64,000 bases of DNA from Octopus sinensis (GCF_006345805.1 NC_043023.1:11966001-12030000), one strand, 5' to 3'; shown: positions 13,259 through 28,406, counted from the first letter of the stretch. Program-made: numbers and translations. The notes: a model not told the origin generated them from the sequence alone.

Positions 13259-13779
13259 TTAACCCTTTCGTTACTGTATTTATTTTGAGATGCTCTGTGT
13301 TTCTTTCAATTACTGCTTCCCATTTGCTTGGCAGATAGTCAGACTGCCGTTTAAAGATGTTTTGGTTAAATAATTATGCACCAACCCAATAATCATAATC
13401 TAAACGGTTTCAAAGGTATTCTCCTCAAAGTTATAAAGGGGCAGATGTCGGGTCGTGTGAATTTACCAAAACTCCTCTGCCAATCTCCTCGGAAGAATTT
13501 TTCCCAACAAATCTTTAGGTACACCCAACCTACAAGATCCAAGAGATTATTTGTTGAATGTTTTAGTAAAAAGTATCTATTTTCTGGAAGTTATGAGACA
13601 ACAAATTCGGGGTGGGGGTACACAGCTATCCATGATTTTGGAACGTTGTTCCTCACCCCTTTAGAACACAGATCGCCATTGCAATTCTTGTCTCCACTTT
13701 GCCTTTTCAGTACAAAATGAAACATGTAATTCTTCCTTTTCCGAATTTGGCAACGATGGAAAGTGTAGAAGGTAGCTTC

Positions 13780-14128
13780 CACAGATAGAAACAGACACCA
13801 AACCCACACAAATCAAAGATATATACCTAGAAATAGCAGCCAAATCCCACACAATTCATAGTCATCTCTCTTCCATAGCTAGAAATAGCAGCCAAATCCC
13901 ACACAATTCATAGTCATCTTTCTTCCTTAGTTAGAAATAGCAGTCAAATCCTGCACAAATAAAATACATTTTTCTTTCACAGCTAGAAATATCAACCAAA
14001 TATCGTACAAATCATAGAATCTCTCTTCCATAGTTAGAAATAGCAGTCAAATCCCGCACAAATCAAAGATATATCTCTTCCATAGCTAGAAATAGCAGCC
14101 AAATCCCACACAATTCATAGTCGTCTCT
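13780..14128. repeat. ~52 bp minisatellite, about 6-7 diverged units
   Basis: Repeated CTAGAAATAGCAGCCAAATCCC core; same family as 52355-52998. Confidence 0.85.
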
Positions 14129-14719
14129 TAATGTGGAATTCTTCAATCGGTTTCTTCTCATTTTACTAATTAATTATGCCACATTACATTCATTTATACC
14201 AACTAATTTACTTTATATCACATGTAACAGTCGATCATAGTATTTTATAAACAACAAATCAACATTTCAGTTTGGAAATGATTAATTAAGACGAACAAAT
14301 ATATTTTCCTAATTATTGTCAGGTGCCCGCTTGGAAAAATAATTACTGTAACATCGAGAGGTTCACAGAATTCTATCATTTACCTTATTATTAGTAGTAT
14401 TATCAACACTATTACAGCCTTAAAGTAAATCTTTGTCAACTTACCGTATTCACAAATAAACAGTGACTCAGTGATCGGTAATTAACCTCCCTAATTAACT
14501 TCCCTAATTAGCTGTTTTGGCTTCGTGGTTGATGTGGTGAAGAAGTTGTTTCCCCTTGATATAATTGTATTTCCTTAATTCTCCAATAGAGAGCGCTACT
14601 GATTCGTTGGATTCGTTCCGGTGTCTTTTTAACTTTGTCCCTTTCTGTGAATAACTCCATCTTCAAGTTTTTTTTAATTCTCACCAGATTATTTTAACAA
14701 AGTGTACTTGTATATTCTA
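14129..14719 (-). promoter_or_regulatory. Promoter/exon 1 cassette of gene Y
   Basis: Donor ACTTAC 14439-14444; CCAATAGAGAGCGC 14583-14596. Confidence 0.7.
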
Positions 14720-15134
14720 GGATCTTTTCGGTTTGACCGGCAGATTTTTAAAAATAATTTCCACGTAACTAAACACTTTTAAACTTCGTATACTGCTAGA
14801 ATGTGTTTATAAAACATCTTTTTATCTTGGCTTTATTGAGAAAATTTTATAGTTTGTAAGATATTTGTTGTTTTCTTTCTTCAATTTCTGTAACTTCAAC
14901 CAATCAATGACGTCTGTTGAGGTAAAAAAAACATTCTGTGGCGTTTGAATATGTCCCTCGTTTAAGAAACAGATTCAGTTTATTTACATTTCTGAAGAAA
15001 AAAAGATACCCTTCATACTACCCTTAACCCTAAAACAGATTGAAATGCAATAAATCGATACTAGGGTCATAATTATGGGTGAAAATTTCATGTGACACCG
15101 CTAGAAAAAACTGCCGTTCAAACCGGAAAGATCC
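14720..15134. mobile_element. Full-length GGATCTTTTC-TIR MITE between divergent promoters
   Basis: TIRs at both ends. Confidence 0.8.
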
Positions 15135-15199
15135 TCGCCCTCAACAAAATGGACGACTACGAAACGGAATAAAGGCTCATTGTTCTTCCAAGGAAGGAG

Positions 15200-15600
15200 A
15201 ATAATTAGAAGGGAGAGGAAATGACGTCAGGAAAGGACCGGAGGTACGAAAGGCATGACGTCAGGAAGGCAGGGGTGGAAGACGTCTTTATTCCTACAGT
15301 ATCTGCGATGATGCCATGTCGTGTGCTGGGAAACGGCCGCAGAGTAGAATATGTGAGTACACTTCCTTAAAATAATCTGGTGAGAACTTGAAGGGGAAGT
15401 TGTTGACAGAAAGGGACAAAGAAAAACCCTTGAACGAAACCAATCGCTCAGTAGAGCCATCTATAAGAGAATTAAAGAAATACAATCGTATAAAGGGAAA
15501 TAACACTTAACCGAGGTCCAAGTAAATTATTAATTAAGGTGCTTAATTACTGAACTCTGACTCGTTGTTTATATGTGAATACGGTAAATTGACAAAAGTT
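15200..15600 (+). promoter_or_regulatory. Promoter/exon 1 cassette of the 16844 gene
   Basis: Two TGACGTCA sites; GAGCCATCTATAAG 15454-15467; TATAAAGGG near 15489; donor GTAAAT at 15584. Confidence 0.72.
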
Positions 15601-15603
15601 TAC

Positions 15604-15951
15604 GGTACTACTAGCGAACAGTGGTTCCGGTGCGCGCACTCGCGCTAGCTAGTCGTAAGTAGTCGATCCTAAAACGGCTTTTTAACCCGAAACCTAAACC
15701 TAGTACTACTATCGAACAGTGGTCCCAGTGCGCGCACTCGCGATAGCTAGTCGTAAGTAGTCGATCCTACAACTTTTTAACCCTAACCTTAGTTTGTTTA
15801 TAAAAATAATTTATTTACTTAGTTTCAAAATTATTTACTTTGTGATTTTGTGAATCGCCGTTTTATTTCCTTTGTTTAAAAAATTATTTATTTGTATTTC
15901 ATTTTGTAATTTTATTTACACGCACCGGGACCACTCTTCTAAAATAGTACC
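15604..15951. mobile_element. GGTACTA-TIR MITE with internal duplication; partial copies ~16014-16200, 27990-28078, 39490-39580
   Basis: GGTACTACTAGCGAACAGTGG at start; CCACTCTTCTAAAATAGTACC at end. Confidence 0.7.
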
Positions 15952-16843
15952 CAAATTAATTTACTGTGTATGGCATGTAACATTCGATCATAGGTTTCCA
16001 TAAACAACAGATCGGTACTACAAGCAAACAGTGGTCCCGGTGCGCGCACTCGCTCTAGCTAGTCGTAGGTAGTCGATCCTACAACGGCTTTTTAACCCTA
16101 ACCTTTGTTTATAAAAATAATATATTTACTTAGTTTTAAAAATTATTTACTTTGCGTATTAACAATTACCAATATTGAGTTTTGTACTAATAAATCGCCT
16201 TTGATTTTTTTTTTTGTTAAAATTCCGGCAACGAGGATTAACTGTCCGAAAAATATTTAATTTGTGTAAAAAAATTATATATATTGTTTTAAAAAATGAT
16301 TTCTTTACTTAGAAGAGAAAGAAAACATAAATAATTAGGGAAATGTTGAAGCGATTCATCAATATACAGAATGTTGTAAAAGTTTCAATGCCTCAATGGA
16401 TTCTGACCCATGAAACCCAGACATTAAATCAATGACAGTGTTGATGTTGTAAGATTTGCAATGTTGAATTACTATGTTGTTTAACTATTCTCTTTATCTC
16501 ACTGCTTCTTTTTTTCTGTTTCAGAATATCACATCATGTTGACGTTTCTTCATTCAGATGTACCTTTGATATTTTGATTGACTTTCATCAATTAAAGGAA
16601 GACCATATATTCATAAGGTACATTCATCAACGCATCAACTTCTTTGTATAAATAAAATCTTCGACATTTACTTGACTTCACTGTCTGGAATGTTGAGGAG
16701 ATGATCAATTTACAGGTTAATTAACTGACTGGTTAATTAAGTTTACAACTCCTGTTTTGGATATTAAGCAAGATCACAGATGAAAGAAACATAGCATTAA
16801 ATATATTCATAGAAATGAAAAATTTATTATTGTTGTGATATGT

Positions 16844-18169
16844 ATGACAAATTATTCTCTCATAATGGAAAATTTTGCTGAACCAAAAACCCCTGATACA
16901 AGAGAGAAGCCACATCACTGTGATATCTGTGGTAAATCATTCACTTACAGAAGTGCTGTAACTGTACATAAACGTACTCATACAGGTGAGAAACCATATC
17001 AATGTGATATCTGTGATAAATCATTCTCTCGAAGTGATCAGTTGATTAGACACACACGTACACATACAGGAGAAAAGCCACATCATTGTCAAATCTGTGG
17101 TAAATCATTCTCTGTAAGTAGTAATTTGATTTATCACAAACGTACACATACTGGGGAAAAACCATATCAGTGTGATATCTGTGGTAAATCATTCTCTGCA
17201 AATAACACTTTGATTAATCACAAACGTGTTCATACAAGAGAGGAGCCATATCGTTGTGAAATCTGTGGTAAATCGTTTTCTGGAAATAGCACTTTGATTA
17301 ATCATAAACGTGTTCATACAAGAGAGGAGCCATATCGTTGTGACATCTGTGGTAAATCGTTTTCTGGAAATAGTAAATTGACTAATCATAAACGTATTCA
17401 TAGTGGGGAAAAACCATATCAGTGTGACATCTGCAGTAAATCTTTCACTCAAAGTGGAGACTTCACCAAACACAAACGTACACATACAGGAGAGAGGCCA
17501 TATCATTGTAATATCTGTGGTAAATCATTTTCTCGAATTTACACTTTAACCACTCACAAACGTACTCATACTGGGGAAAAACCATATCAGTGTGATATCT
17601 GTGGTAAATCATTTTCTGGAAATAGCCCTTTAACCAGACACCTACGTATTCATACAGGAGAGAAGCCATATCGTTGTAATATATGTGGTGAATCATTCAC
17701 TTTTAATACTCAGTTGACTATTCACAAATGTGTTCATACAGGAGAGAAACCATATCATTGTGACATCTGTGGTAAATCTTTCCCTCAAAGTGGGGACTTC
17801 ACCAAACACAAACGTACACATACAGGAGAGAAGCCATGTCATTGCGATATCTGTGGCAAGTCATTTTCTAACAACAATTACTTAACTAGGCACAGACGTA
17901 TTCACACAGGGGAAAAACCATATGAGTGTAATATCTGTGGTAAATCGTTTTCTGTTAATACCAATTTGATTACTCACAGACGTATTCATACAGGAGAGAA
18001 GCCGTATCATTGTGATATCTGTGGTAAATCATTCACTGGAAACAGTCATTTGACTAATCACAAGCGTGTTCATACAGGAGAGAAGCCATATCATTGTGAT
18101 ATCTGTGGTAAATGTTTCTCTCAAAAAGGCTACTTAAGTACACATGTGAATATTCATACACAAGTATAA
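16844..18169 (+). CDS. C2H2 zinc-finger protein, 15 fingers
   Basis: Intact ORF; acceptor ends 16524; ends in conserved SQKGYLSTHVNIHTQV. Confidence 0.92.
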   Translation: MTNYSLIMENFAEPKTPDTREKPHHCDICGKSFTYRSAVTVHKRTHTGEKPYQCDICDKSFSRSDQLIRHTRTHTGEKPHHCQICGKSFSVSSNLIYHKRTHTGEKPYQCDICGKSFSANNTLINHKRVHTREEPYRCEICGKSFSGNSTLINHKRVHTREEPYRCDICGKSFSGNSKLTNHKRIHSGEKPYQCDICSKSFTQSGDFTKHKRTHTGERPYHCNICGKSFSRIYTLTTHKRTHTGEKPYQCDICGKSFSGNSPLTRHLRIHTGEKPYRCNICGESFTFNTQLTIHKCVHTGEKPYHCDICGKSFPQSGDFTKHKRTHTGEKPCHCDICGKSFSNNNYLTRHRRIHTGEKPYECNICGKSFSVNTNLITHRRIHTGEKPYHCDICGKSFTGNSHLTNHKRVHTGEKPYHCDICGKCFSQKGYLSTHVNIHTQV

Positions 18170-18480
18170 CTGTATCAATATCAAAATTTATTAGAACAGG
18201 ACAACAATTACGAATATTATGTCTGTTAAAAGACTAGATTTATTCCTATTCAAGTTTGACCTTATCAACCTTAATTTCATCATTAGCAATTTGATATTAA
18301 TGAATCCCAACTTCAATATCATTTATATATCTAAATATATCAACACAGAAATGACTTTGGTTTCTGAAGATGATTGTGCTGGATTTTTGAGGAATTTGTT
18401 ATGAGAGAATAAAGGAATGGGAATAAGGAATAAAAGTTTTAAGTGACATTGATTTTGTCTTTGTTGTGTTTTCATCATCA
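18170..18480 (+). terminator. Conserved ZNF 3' UTR/polyadenylation cassette; copies at ~4640-4910, 21615-21880, 35735-35998, 41100-41400, 41570-41855, 46850-47035, 56460-56765, 57130-57300, 62065-62374
   Basis: AATAAA hexamers followed by GT-rich GTCTTTGTTGTGTTTT; conserved among paralogs. Confidence 0.65.
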
Positions 18481-19209
18481 ACATCATCATCATCATACTT
18501 TAATGTCCATTTTTATGCAAGCTTTGGTGGTCAAGTGTGACAGGAGCTGTCAAACCAGAGTGCTGCTCCAGGTTCCAGTCAGATTTGGCTTGGTTTCTTT
18601 GGCCTTATGCCCCTAAGCTTCATAGTATGTTTTGTAACTATGCCTGTCCCAGTATCATAATAGCATGAAACTAATAGTAGCTCTTTCAGTTGTGTATTTA
18701 ATTTGATATATTAGGTTGAGTGAAAAGTAAGCAACGTTTTGAACCATGAAGAGTTTGTACCAGGTTTTTGTAGAGTTTTGAATTTTTTTAAACGTCTTTT
18801 TGAAATTGCCTTATAATACAAACATTTACAAGCGCACGTTGGCTGTGTGGTAAGTAGCTTGTTTACCAACCACATGGTTCCAGGTTCGGTCCCACTGCGT
18901 GGAACCTTGAGCAAGTGTTTTCTACTATAGCCTTGGGCTAACATAAGCCTTCCGAGTGGATTTGGTAGACGGAAACTGAAAAGAAACCCATTGTGTATAT
19001 ATATATATATGTGTGTGTGTTTGTCCCCTTAGCATTGCTTGACAACCGATGCTGGTGTGTTTATGTCCCCATTACTTAGCGGTTCGGCAATAGAGACCGA
19101 TAGAACAAGTAGTGGGCTTACAAAAGAATAAGTCCCAGGGTCGAGTTGCCCGATTAAAGACAGTGCTCCAGCATGGCCGCGGTCAAATGACTGAAACAAG
19201 TAAAAGAGT

Positions 19210-19702
19210 AATAGACTTGTCCAAATGCTCCAATAAATTAACATTGATATTTTTTTCACTGTTACAATAATCTGAAATGGAAGTGTGAAAGAGCGATATT
19301 CGAGCAATTTTGTTATTCAACTTCAAAAAAGGACGTAAAGCAGCTGAAACTGCTCACAATATCAACGAAACATTCGGTGAGGAAATGAGCAGTGAGTGGT
19401 CAGATTGAAAATGGTTTAAACAATTTCAGAGTGGAGACCTGAGCCATAAAGATCATGAGCATAGTGGATGTCCATCTGTTATCAATTAAAGACGGTCATT
19501 GAGAGAGATCCATGTAAAGCAACTCAAGGAATGGCAAAAGAACTACAAGGTAGAAAACTACTGCAGCCATTTGCATGCAATTGAAAAGTCAAAAAGCTTG
19601 ACAAATGGATATCACAGGATTTTAATGAAAATCAGAAAATGCATAGATATCAAATTTGCTCATCACTTCTTCTCTGTAACCAGGCTAATCCATTTCTCGA
19701 CC
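19210..19702 (+). mobile_element. Mariner 5' relic (transposase N-terminus with stops)
   Basis: Translates to IRAILLFNFKKGRKAAETAHNINETFG...WFKQFQSGD. Confidence 0.8.
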
Positions 19703-20009
19703 ATCAGTTTACATTTGCAGTTTTGGATCTTCAGATCACAGATGAAAGAAACACGACACTAAATTTTTGTCTGAAGATTGTGACACAACTGAACACAAAC
19801 ATTCGTAGAAATAAAACAAGCACAGTCATTGTCATATGTATAACAAATTATTATTTGTCTAGCAATATGACCCGGCAACACTGGGTCATAATGCTAGTGC
19901 ATGCATATACAGCTGTGAACGTACACACATACACGTGAGTACTGTCCAAATCTCCAACCAATCACATACAGCTAGTTGGCATTCAATTGGCATATCAAGT
20001 TTCGGGCAT

Positions 20010-20220
20010 TTTGATTGGGATTTGGATAGAAAATTCACAAAAACGTCAATTCTATTGATTTTTTAAGGGCTTTGCAGGGTAACTGGGGAAATGTAAAGAT
20101 GTGCACGACCACCCTTGGACAGTTTTGAATGACCATAGAAAGTGTGAGCCCTCTAACTTAAAAATTGTGGATTTGTACAAAGGACACACACACAGACATT
20201 TTACCGTTTATATATAGAGA
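20010..20220 (-). mobile_element. Non-autonomous Helitron-like 5' fragment just upstream of the ZNF ATG; tandemly doubled at 37640-38005
   Basis: TCTATATATAAAC start; interrupts the conserved leader. Confidence 0.5.
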
Positions 20221-20224
20221 GATA

Positions 20225-21613
<1,389 letters not shown>

Positions 21614-22094
21614 CAGTATCAATATCAAAATTTATAACATGAGAACAATTATGAATATTTTGTCTGCTAAAAGACACGGTTTTTTTTTTGTTCAAGCTTG
21701 ACATTACCAACTTCAATATCATTTATATATCTGAGTATATCAACACAGAGATGACTTTGATTTCTGAAGATGATTGTGCTGGATTTTTGAGGAATTTGTT
21801 TTGAGAGAATAAAGGAATGGGAATAAGGAATAAAAGTTTTAAGTGACATTGGTTTTGTCTTTGTTGTGTTTTCATCATCAACATCATCATCATCTTCATC
21901 ATCCTTTAATGTCTGTTTTCTATGCACGCATGGATAGGAAAGTGTGACATGAATTGGCAAACCAGAGTGCTGCTCCATGTTCCAGTCAGATTTGGTTTGT
22001 TTTTTTAAGATACATGGTGCATTTTATAAATATACCTGTTCAAGCGTCATAAAAGCATGTAACTAGTAGTAACTTTTTCAGTTGTGTATTTAAT

Positions 22095-22310
22095 CTCTCT
22101 CTATATATAAAGCTGAAGCTGTCTGTGTGTGGCAGGTTTGGTAGCCTTCAACTAACACTATCTCCTCCGAGACCCTGCGGCGCAAGTTGACCAAAGTTGA
22201 GAGTATGATAGAAGGATTGCTCTTCCTTCCGTAGAAGAAAAAATTCAAATCGGACCATATTAACACCAAAAATTATTTACATCAAGAAGATGCTTTTTTC
22301 TACGAAAATG
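22095..22310 (+). mobile_element. Helitron-like non-autonomous 5' fragment (mirror 35300-35517)
   Basis: TCTATATATAAAGCTG start; interrupts the conserved downstream flank. Confidence 0.45.
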
Positions 22311-22584
22311 TCTGAGGCTTTCACCACACCCCATCCCGTCTTCCAAACCACAACAAACAGGTTTTGTGAGATATTAGTAGGTCACCAGAATTTATTCTAT
22401 AAAAAGAAAAAATTTCAAGTGATTCCGGAATGGTGTGTGGTTTCTCACCCAACCCTTTTTTCTGAATATAAATGAGGAGTTTGCAGCATATTAAGGGTCA
22501 GGGTATTTGATTCCCCGCGAAAAACCCGAGATTCGTATTTTTTTTTCGCATTAAAAATTTTGCGGGTGAAAGAATCAAAATTGA

Positions 22585-22975
22585 CCCCAGTGAGTAGCGC
22601 CATCTATAGGATAAGTCATGTAATATAATTATTTAAGGGGAAACAACTCCAGCAGCATTTGACCTTCGCGCCAATTAAATTCTTAATTACGTTGATTAAT
22701 TACTCCTCACTGACTCGTTGTTTATATCTGGATCGGGTAAGTTGAGCAAGATTTCCTTTAAGGCGGTAATCATGATAATAATACTACTAATGATAATGGA
22801 AGATAATAGATTTCTGTGAACTTCTCTGGATGTTGGAGTAATTATTTCAAAACGGGAACCTGACAACAATTAGGAAAATAGATTTGTTCGTCTGAAGAAC
22901 TTCCAAACTGAAATGTTGATCTGTAGTTTATGGGAACCTAGAATCCACTGTTACATGGGGTATAAAGGAAATTAA
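22585..22975 (+). promoter_or_regulatory. Promoter/exon 1 cassette of gene C
   Basis: GCGCCATCTATAGG 22597-22610; donor GTAAGT 22737; acceptor ends 24465. Confidence 0.7.
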
Positions 22976-24869
22976 GGGTAATGTTGACGTTGTTACCCGG
23001 AGAGGAAATCGAGAAAAAGAAATAGTGCAACGGGTATAAAAAAAAGGGCATAGAAAAGGGATCTGAAGAGAAAAATGTGCAGAAAGCAATGAGAGTGAGA
23101 TGCCTTCGGAAAATTGACAAGATCCGAAGATTTTCCCTCGTAACTTTTAGGAAAATGGGGTTTATTTGTAAATGAAATTTTATATAAATACGTTTCAAAC
23201 GGTATAGCTCACGATTATAAAGAAATTTATGGGGAAAATCTTTGCGATTGGGTCAGGAAAGGACTTTGGAAAATCCGATGTTTTTCCCTCGTAAATTTGA
23301 GGAAAATGGACGTCTTTCTATTTCACATCCACGTAGGGAACGAATCTGAAAACAAAAATGCTTTGGAAGCAACGGGGTGGGGTTAGGACTTCGGAAAATT
23401 CACAAGATCCAAGTTTTTCCCTCGTAACTTTGACTAAAATATAATCCTTTTGAAATAAATTCAGTTTTTCCTCGGGAACTTCTATGCTAGACATCCTTTT
23501 GTCAAGATTCATTCGTTAGTCCCCCTTTCGTTATAGCACATGCTGTCAACTATAAACACATGAAATATTATCACTAATAATGCTCTCTCGATGCACATAC
23601 ATATTTCTTCTCTGTATTTGTGTGGAATGTAGATAACAAAATCAATGTGGCAGTTTAAACTTGAGAAAAGCCTTGCATATTTATAATGTCCAAGTTATAG
23701 ATGTATGTATGCATTTCTGTGCATGTGTGTGTATGCGGCTAGGGTTCCTTCTTACCTGCTTCGTTTGTGTATGTAAATTTCTAAGAAGAAAACGAGATCG
23801 ATGTCAAAAAAGCCGTATTACTGATGATATTTCATTAATTTAGTGCTGAAAACACGTGCTCATTTAAACTAACAAAAGAATCTTGACGAGTCTGAGACTC
23901 AAAAACGATTAAATGCCGCTTAACAAAACTATAGAAGAACGAGATGCTGTTAAGCATTTTGTCCGATAAGCAAAGGATTCTTCCTCTAAATAATACACGG
24001 TTGACCAGAATCCTTGACTCACTTGTTCGTTAAATTTTTTATATATTAATAATGTATTAATATTTATTAATACATTTATTAAGGAATAAATTAGTAAATT
24101 TAAATAATAAAAGAAGCATGCTGGGAAAGATGACTAATAATTAAGTCATGAATTCTGGTCCACCCTGTAGGATTATATGAACCCTTCGAACTTACAGTCA
24201 TCACATAGAAGGGAAAACATAGAAACATTGAGATAATATGCTTCCTCGTCTTGGATATATCAAACATTGATTCTTTTTTAAAGGTATAAGGAAACAAATT
24301 TAGGGCGTAACACATGTCGTTATGCCATTCTTTCAATGCCTCAATGAACTCTGACCCCTAAAAACATTTAATCGATGACAGTGTTCATGTTGTAAAATTT
24401 GCAACATTGAATTAGTGTATCATTTAACTATTCTCTTTATCTTGATGTTTCTTTTCCTATTTCAGAATATCACCTTATGTTGACCCACAAGAACCTTCTT
24501 CATTCAGATGTGCCTTTCATATTTTGACGTCGTTTCATCAACTAAAGCAAGATGACATAATTTATCAGCAGCATTCATCAATACATCAAAATTTATATGA
24601 ATACAATCTAAGAATACAATATTTGTCTTGTCTTCACTGTTTGGAATGTAGACGAAGTGATTGCCTTACAGGTTAATTAAGGTTGGATACCTTTACAAAC
24701 GAGTTGACAATTTCCACCTGCTGATTTAGATATTAATTAAGATCACAGAAGAAAGAAACACAGCTTCAAATTCTTTTCTGGAAATAGTTGCAGAACTGAA
24801 ATCAAAGATGTTTATAGAGATGAAGGAAACATTATTATTGTGATATGTATAATAAATTATTCTTTCACA

Positions 24870-25682
24870 ATGAATAAATTAACTGAAGCAAAAAACGAGG
24901 ATGCAAGAGAGAAACAATATTTCTGTGCTATTTGTGGTACATCATTCAATTATAATAGTCAGTTGACTAGTCACAGACGTATCCATACAGGAGAAAAACC
25001 ATATCACTGTGATATATGTGATAAATCATTTTCTTCAAGTAGCAACTTAATTCGACACAAACATACACATACAGGAGAAAAGCCATATCATTGTGATATC
25101 TGTGGTAAATCATTCTCTCAAAGGAGTGACTTGACTCATCACAAATATAGACATACAGGGGAGAAGCCATATCAATGTGATATCTGTGGTAAATCATTCT
25201 CAGGTAGGAGTGACTTGACTGTACACAAACGTACGCATACAGGAAAAAAGCCATATCAGTGTGATATCTGTGGTAACTCATTCTCTCAAAGGAGTAACTT
25301 GACTCATCACAAATATACACATACAGGAGAAAAGCCATATCAATGTGATATCTGTGGTAAATCATTCTGTCAAAGCAGTGACGTCACTAGACACAAATAT
25401 ACACATACAGGAGAAAAGCCATATCAATGTGAAATCTGTGGTAAATCATTCCCTCAAAGAAATAACTTGACTATGCACAAACGTACTCACACAGGAGAAA
25501 AGCCATATCATTGTGATATCTGTGCTAAATCATTCGCTCATAGAAACAACTTGACTCGGCACAAATATACACATACAAGAGAAAAGCCACATCATTGCGA
25601 TATCTGTGCTAAATCATTCTCTCGAAGGAGTAACTTGACTTGGCACAAACATTCACATATGGCAGAAAAGCCATATCATTAA
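24870..25682 (+). CDS. C2H2 zinc-finger protein C, 9 fingers, 3'-truncated by a piggyBac-like MITE
   Basis: ATG 24870; stop TAA lies within TTAACCCTT of the MITE end. Confidence 0.85.
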   Translation: MNKLTEAKNEDAREKQYFCAICGTSFNYNSQLTSHRRIHTGEKPYHCDICDKSFSSSSNLIRHKHTHTGEKPYHCDICGKSFSQRSDLTHHKYRHTGEKPYQCDICGKSFSGRSDLTVHKRTHTGKKPYQCDICGNSFSQRSNLTHHKYTHTGEKPYQCDICGKSFCQSSDVTRHKYTHTGEKPYQCEICGKSFPQRNNLTMHKRTHTGEKPYHCDICAKSFAHRNNLTRHKYTHTREKPHHCDICAKSFSRRSNLTWHKHSHMAEKPYH

Positions 25683-25835
25683 CCCTTCGGATACCAACCC
25701 AGCTGGCACCCCTCTGACTTTGCTGTAAAAATGTCTTGTTTTCTTAAGTTTTGAATTTAAATTTTCTACCAAACCTTAGTCACAATTTATGATCCTGAAA
25801 CTAGGTTAATGATAACCACCAAGTTATTTTACAAA
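25679..25835 (-). mobile_element. piggyBac-like MITE fragment; other partial copies ~13259-13312, 38697-38860, 61720-61932
   Basis: rc similarity to 46494-46715. Confidence 0.7.
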
Positions 25836-27117
25836 CACTTGTTGCACGCACTGTTCTTATACTACAGCAGACACATGTGCATGCACTCAGACACGACACT
25901 GTGCTAGCACCCATACTTTATCCTACTGTACACATCTGTAAATAAAGTCTTCTCTCTCAAACAGTAGAACGGTTGTCGTCCTTATTATTGCTTTTGGCAC
26001 TTATTCAGTTATATCATGTATTTGGTTTGTTTCGTTAGGGCGGCCATGCGGCGTTAAAAGGAGAGATTTTTGTCACCAACTCCTTATGTGTGGTCTTACT
26101 CCCTACAAGGGTTTTGTGGCATATTAGTAGGACACCAGAATTCATTCAATAAAAATAAGAAATTCCAGGATGGGGTGTGGGGGGTAGTTTCTTACCCAAC
26201 CCATTTTCTGAAGAAAAATGATGGGTTTGCTGCATATTAAGGGTCAGGGTATTTGATTCCCCACAAAAAATCCAAGATATTTTTTTTTCTCATCCGCCGA
26301 TACAAAGCGAAAGGGACCACGCAGAAACGGTTTGCGACATTCACCCGAGTTCACTAATTAATTATCATTTTATGTGACTGCTATAATTAATTAAACTCAA
26401 TTAATTACGGTATATTTCGTACACATAAAAGGGCAAAGCATTCAAAGATGTCGACTTAACCGAAATGTATATTAATTACTTACCTGGTGTTTTATATAAA
26501 TCCGGGTTTAATGGGAAATGTCTTTAATTAAGCTTAAGAGACGTTTCAACGGATAATTGAATTGTAAAACGATTGAAAAACCGACACGGTAAAGAGCGAA
26601 ACGAAATCAAGTCTGGAGGTTGTGTAAGTTATCTCATCAATCTTTTGTTATTTATAAAATACAAGTTACTAATTTTTTCTGTTTTAATTGCCTCATTATA
26701 CACAAAGATATAATACAGATATAATATACAACAGGTACAACTGGTAATTTATTGATCCTGACAGGATGAAAGGCAAAGATGACCTCAGTGGAATTTGAAC
26801 TAAGAACGTAAAGACAGACAAAACACCTCTAAGCAGTTCATCCGGTGTGCTACGTCTTCGCCAGCTTGCAGCCCTCAACTTTGTGAATATTCCTTTCTAC
26901 TCTAGGCACAAGGTCCGAAATTTTGGGAGAGGGGGCCAGTCAATTAGATTGACTCCAATAGACAACTGGTATGTAATTTATCAGCTCCCAAAAAGATACA
27001 CACACATATATATATATATATATATTGTTATATTTCGGAATGGTCATTTTGCCAGTTTATATTTATATAAGTTAAGCAAAATTTAGATTCAAATGAATAT
27101 AGATGCACCAGAATTTT

Positions 27118-27122
27118 GTATG

Positions 27123-27171
<49 letters not shown>

Positions 27172-27201
27172 ATATACATACACACACACACATAAATATA
27201 C

Positions 27202-27250
<49 letters not shown>

Positions 27251-27366
27251 TATACATATACATATATATACACATATATATACATATATATATATATACA
27301 TATATATATACACATATATATACATATATACACACACACACACATATATACATATATATACATATA

Positions 27367-27424
<58 letters not shown>
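27118..27424. repeat. (TA)n/(CA)n microsatellite
   Basis: Directly visible. Confidence 0.95.
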
Positions 27425-27584
27425 AATTTTTTGCGTAATGAGATAAAAAAACCAACGGTGTGTAGATATTTTATCCCTTCATCGTAGACGGTGTGAGAGG
27501 ACGGTTAAGTAATAATTAATTTAGATAGGATACAAAATAGAGGGAGGTGGAGGAATGAAAATAGATGCGAGATACGTATATATA

Positions 27585-27951
27585 AGTATCTTTTCGCTTT
27601 GACTGGCGTTTTTTTTAAATAACCTCCATCTAACTAAACAATTTTGAACTTCGTATACTGGTATAATGTGTTTATAAAACATTCTTTTCTCTTGGCGTTT
27701 TGGGGAATATTCTGTAGTTTGTAAGATATTTTCTTTAATTTCAAGCAATCAATGACGTCTATTGAGGTGAAAACATTCCGTGCCTTATGAAACAGATTGA
27801 GTTTATTTACATTTGTGAAGAAAAAAAGATACCCTTCTCCCTAACCCTAAAACAGATTGAAATGCAATAGATCGATACTAGGGTCATAATTATGGGTGAC
27901 AATTTCATATGACACCGCAAGAAAAAACTGCCGTTCAAACCGAAAAGATCC
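27585..27951. mobile_element. GGATCTTTTC-TIR MITE (diverged/deleted); other degraded copies 40884-41095, 45118-45530, 45616-45915, 56885-57130
   Basis: TIR and internal similarity to 1787-2199. Confidence 0.7.
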
Positions 27952-28406
27952 AAAGTAAATAATTTTGTAAACAAAGTAAATAAAACACGAAAATACAAAA
28001 TAACGATTCACTAGTCACTACTAGCTAGCGCGGATTCGCGACTACGCGCACCGGGACCACTCTTCTTAAATAGTACCCAACATTAAAACCTTGCAGAGCT
28101 GTTGCACGGACACACATTATTATCTGCTTAAATTTAACTCATCTGACAACCAGAACCGATCTCTCTAGTTCAGTTAAACAGTTATTAAATTTAGAATACA
28201 TCTAACATTTTTGAATTACCGTTAATCCACCTAATCTTTAATCTATATACTTTATGATCACCTGTAACATCCAGCCCCGGAGTGTTTCTAAAACTAACAG
28301 ATCGAAGACAACGAACTATAATCTCCCAACGTTGTTCTGTGTTTTCACTTCGATATGACTTTTCTAACTTCGAAGGGTTCACAAAATCTTACAGTGTACA
28401 GACTCT

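Noticed and set aside
24100-24336. 78-aa ORF conserved with 33300-33536
   Set aside because: Intronic antisense ORF with a TTG start, conserved only because of the recent inverted duplication
25840-26107. Possible solo LTR (TG...CA with AATAAA)
   Set aside because: No TSD, no second copy and no PBS visible
27028-27487. YI/IY-rich ORFs (also 7971-8966)
   Set aside because: Translations of (TA)n microsatellites
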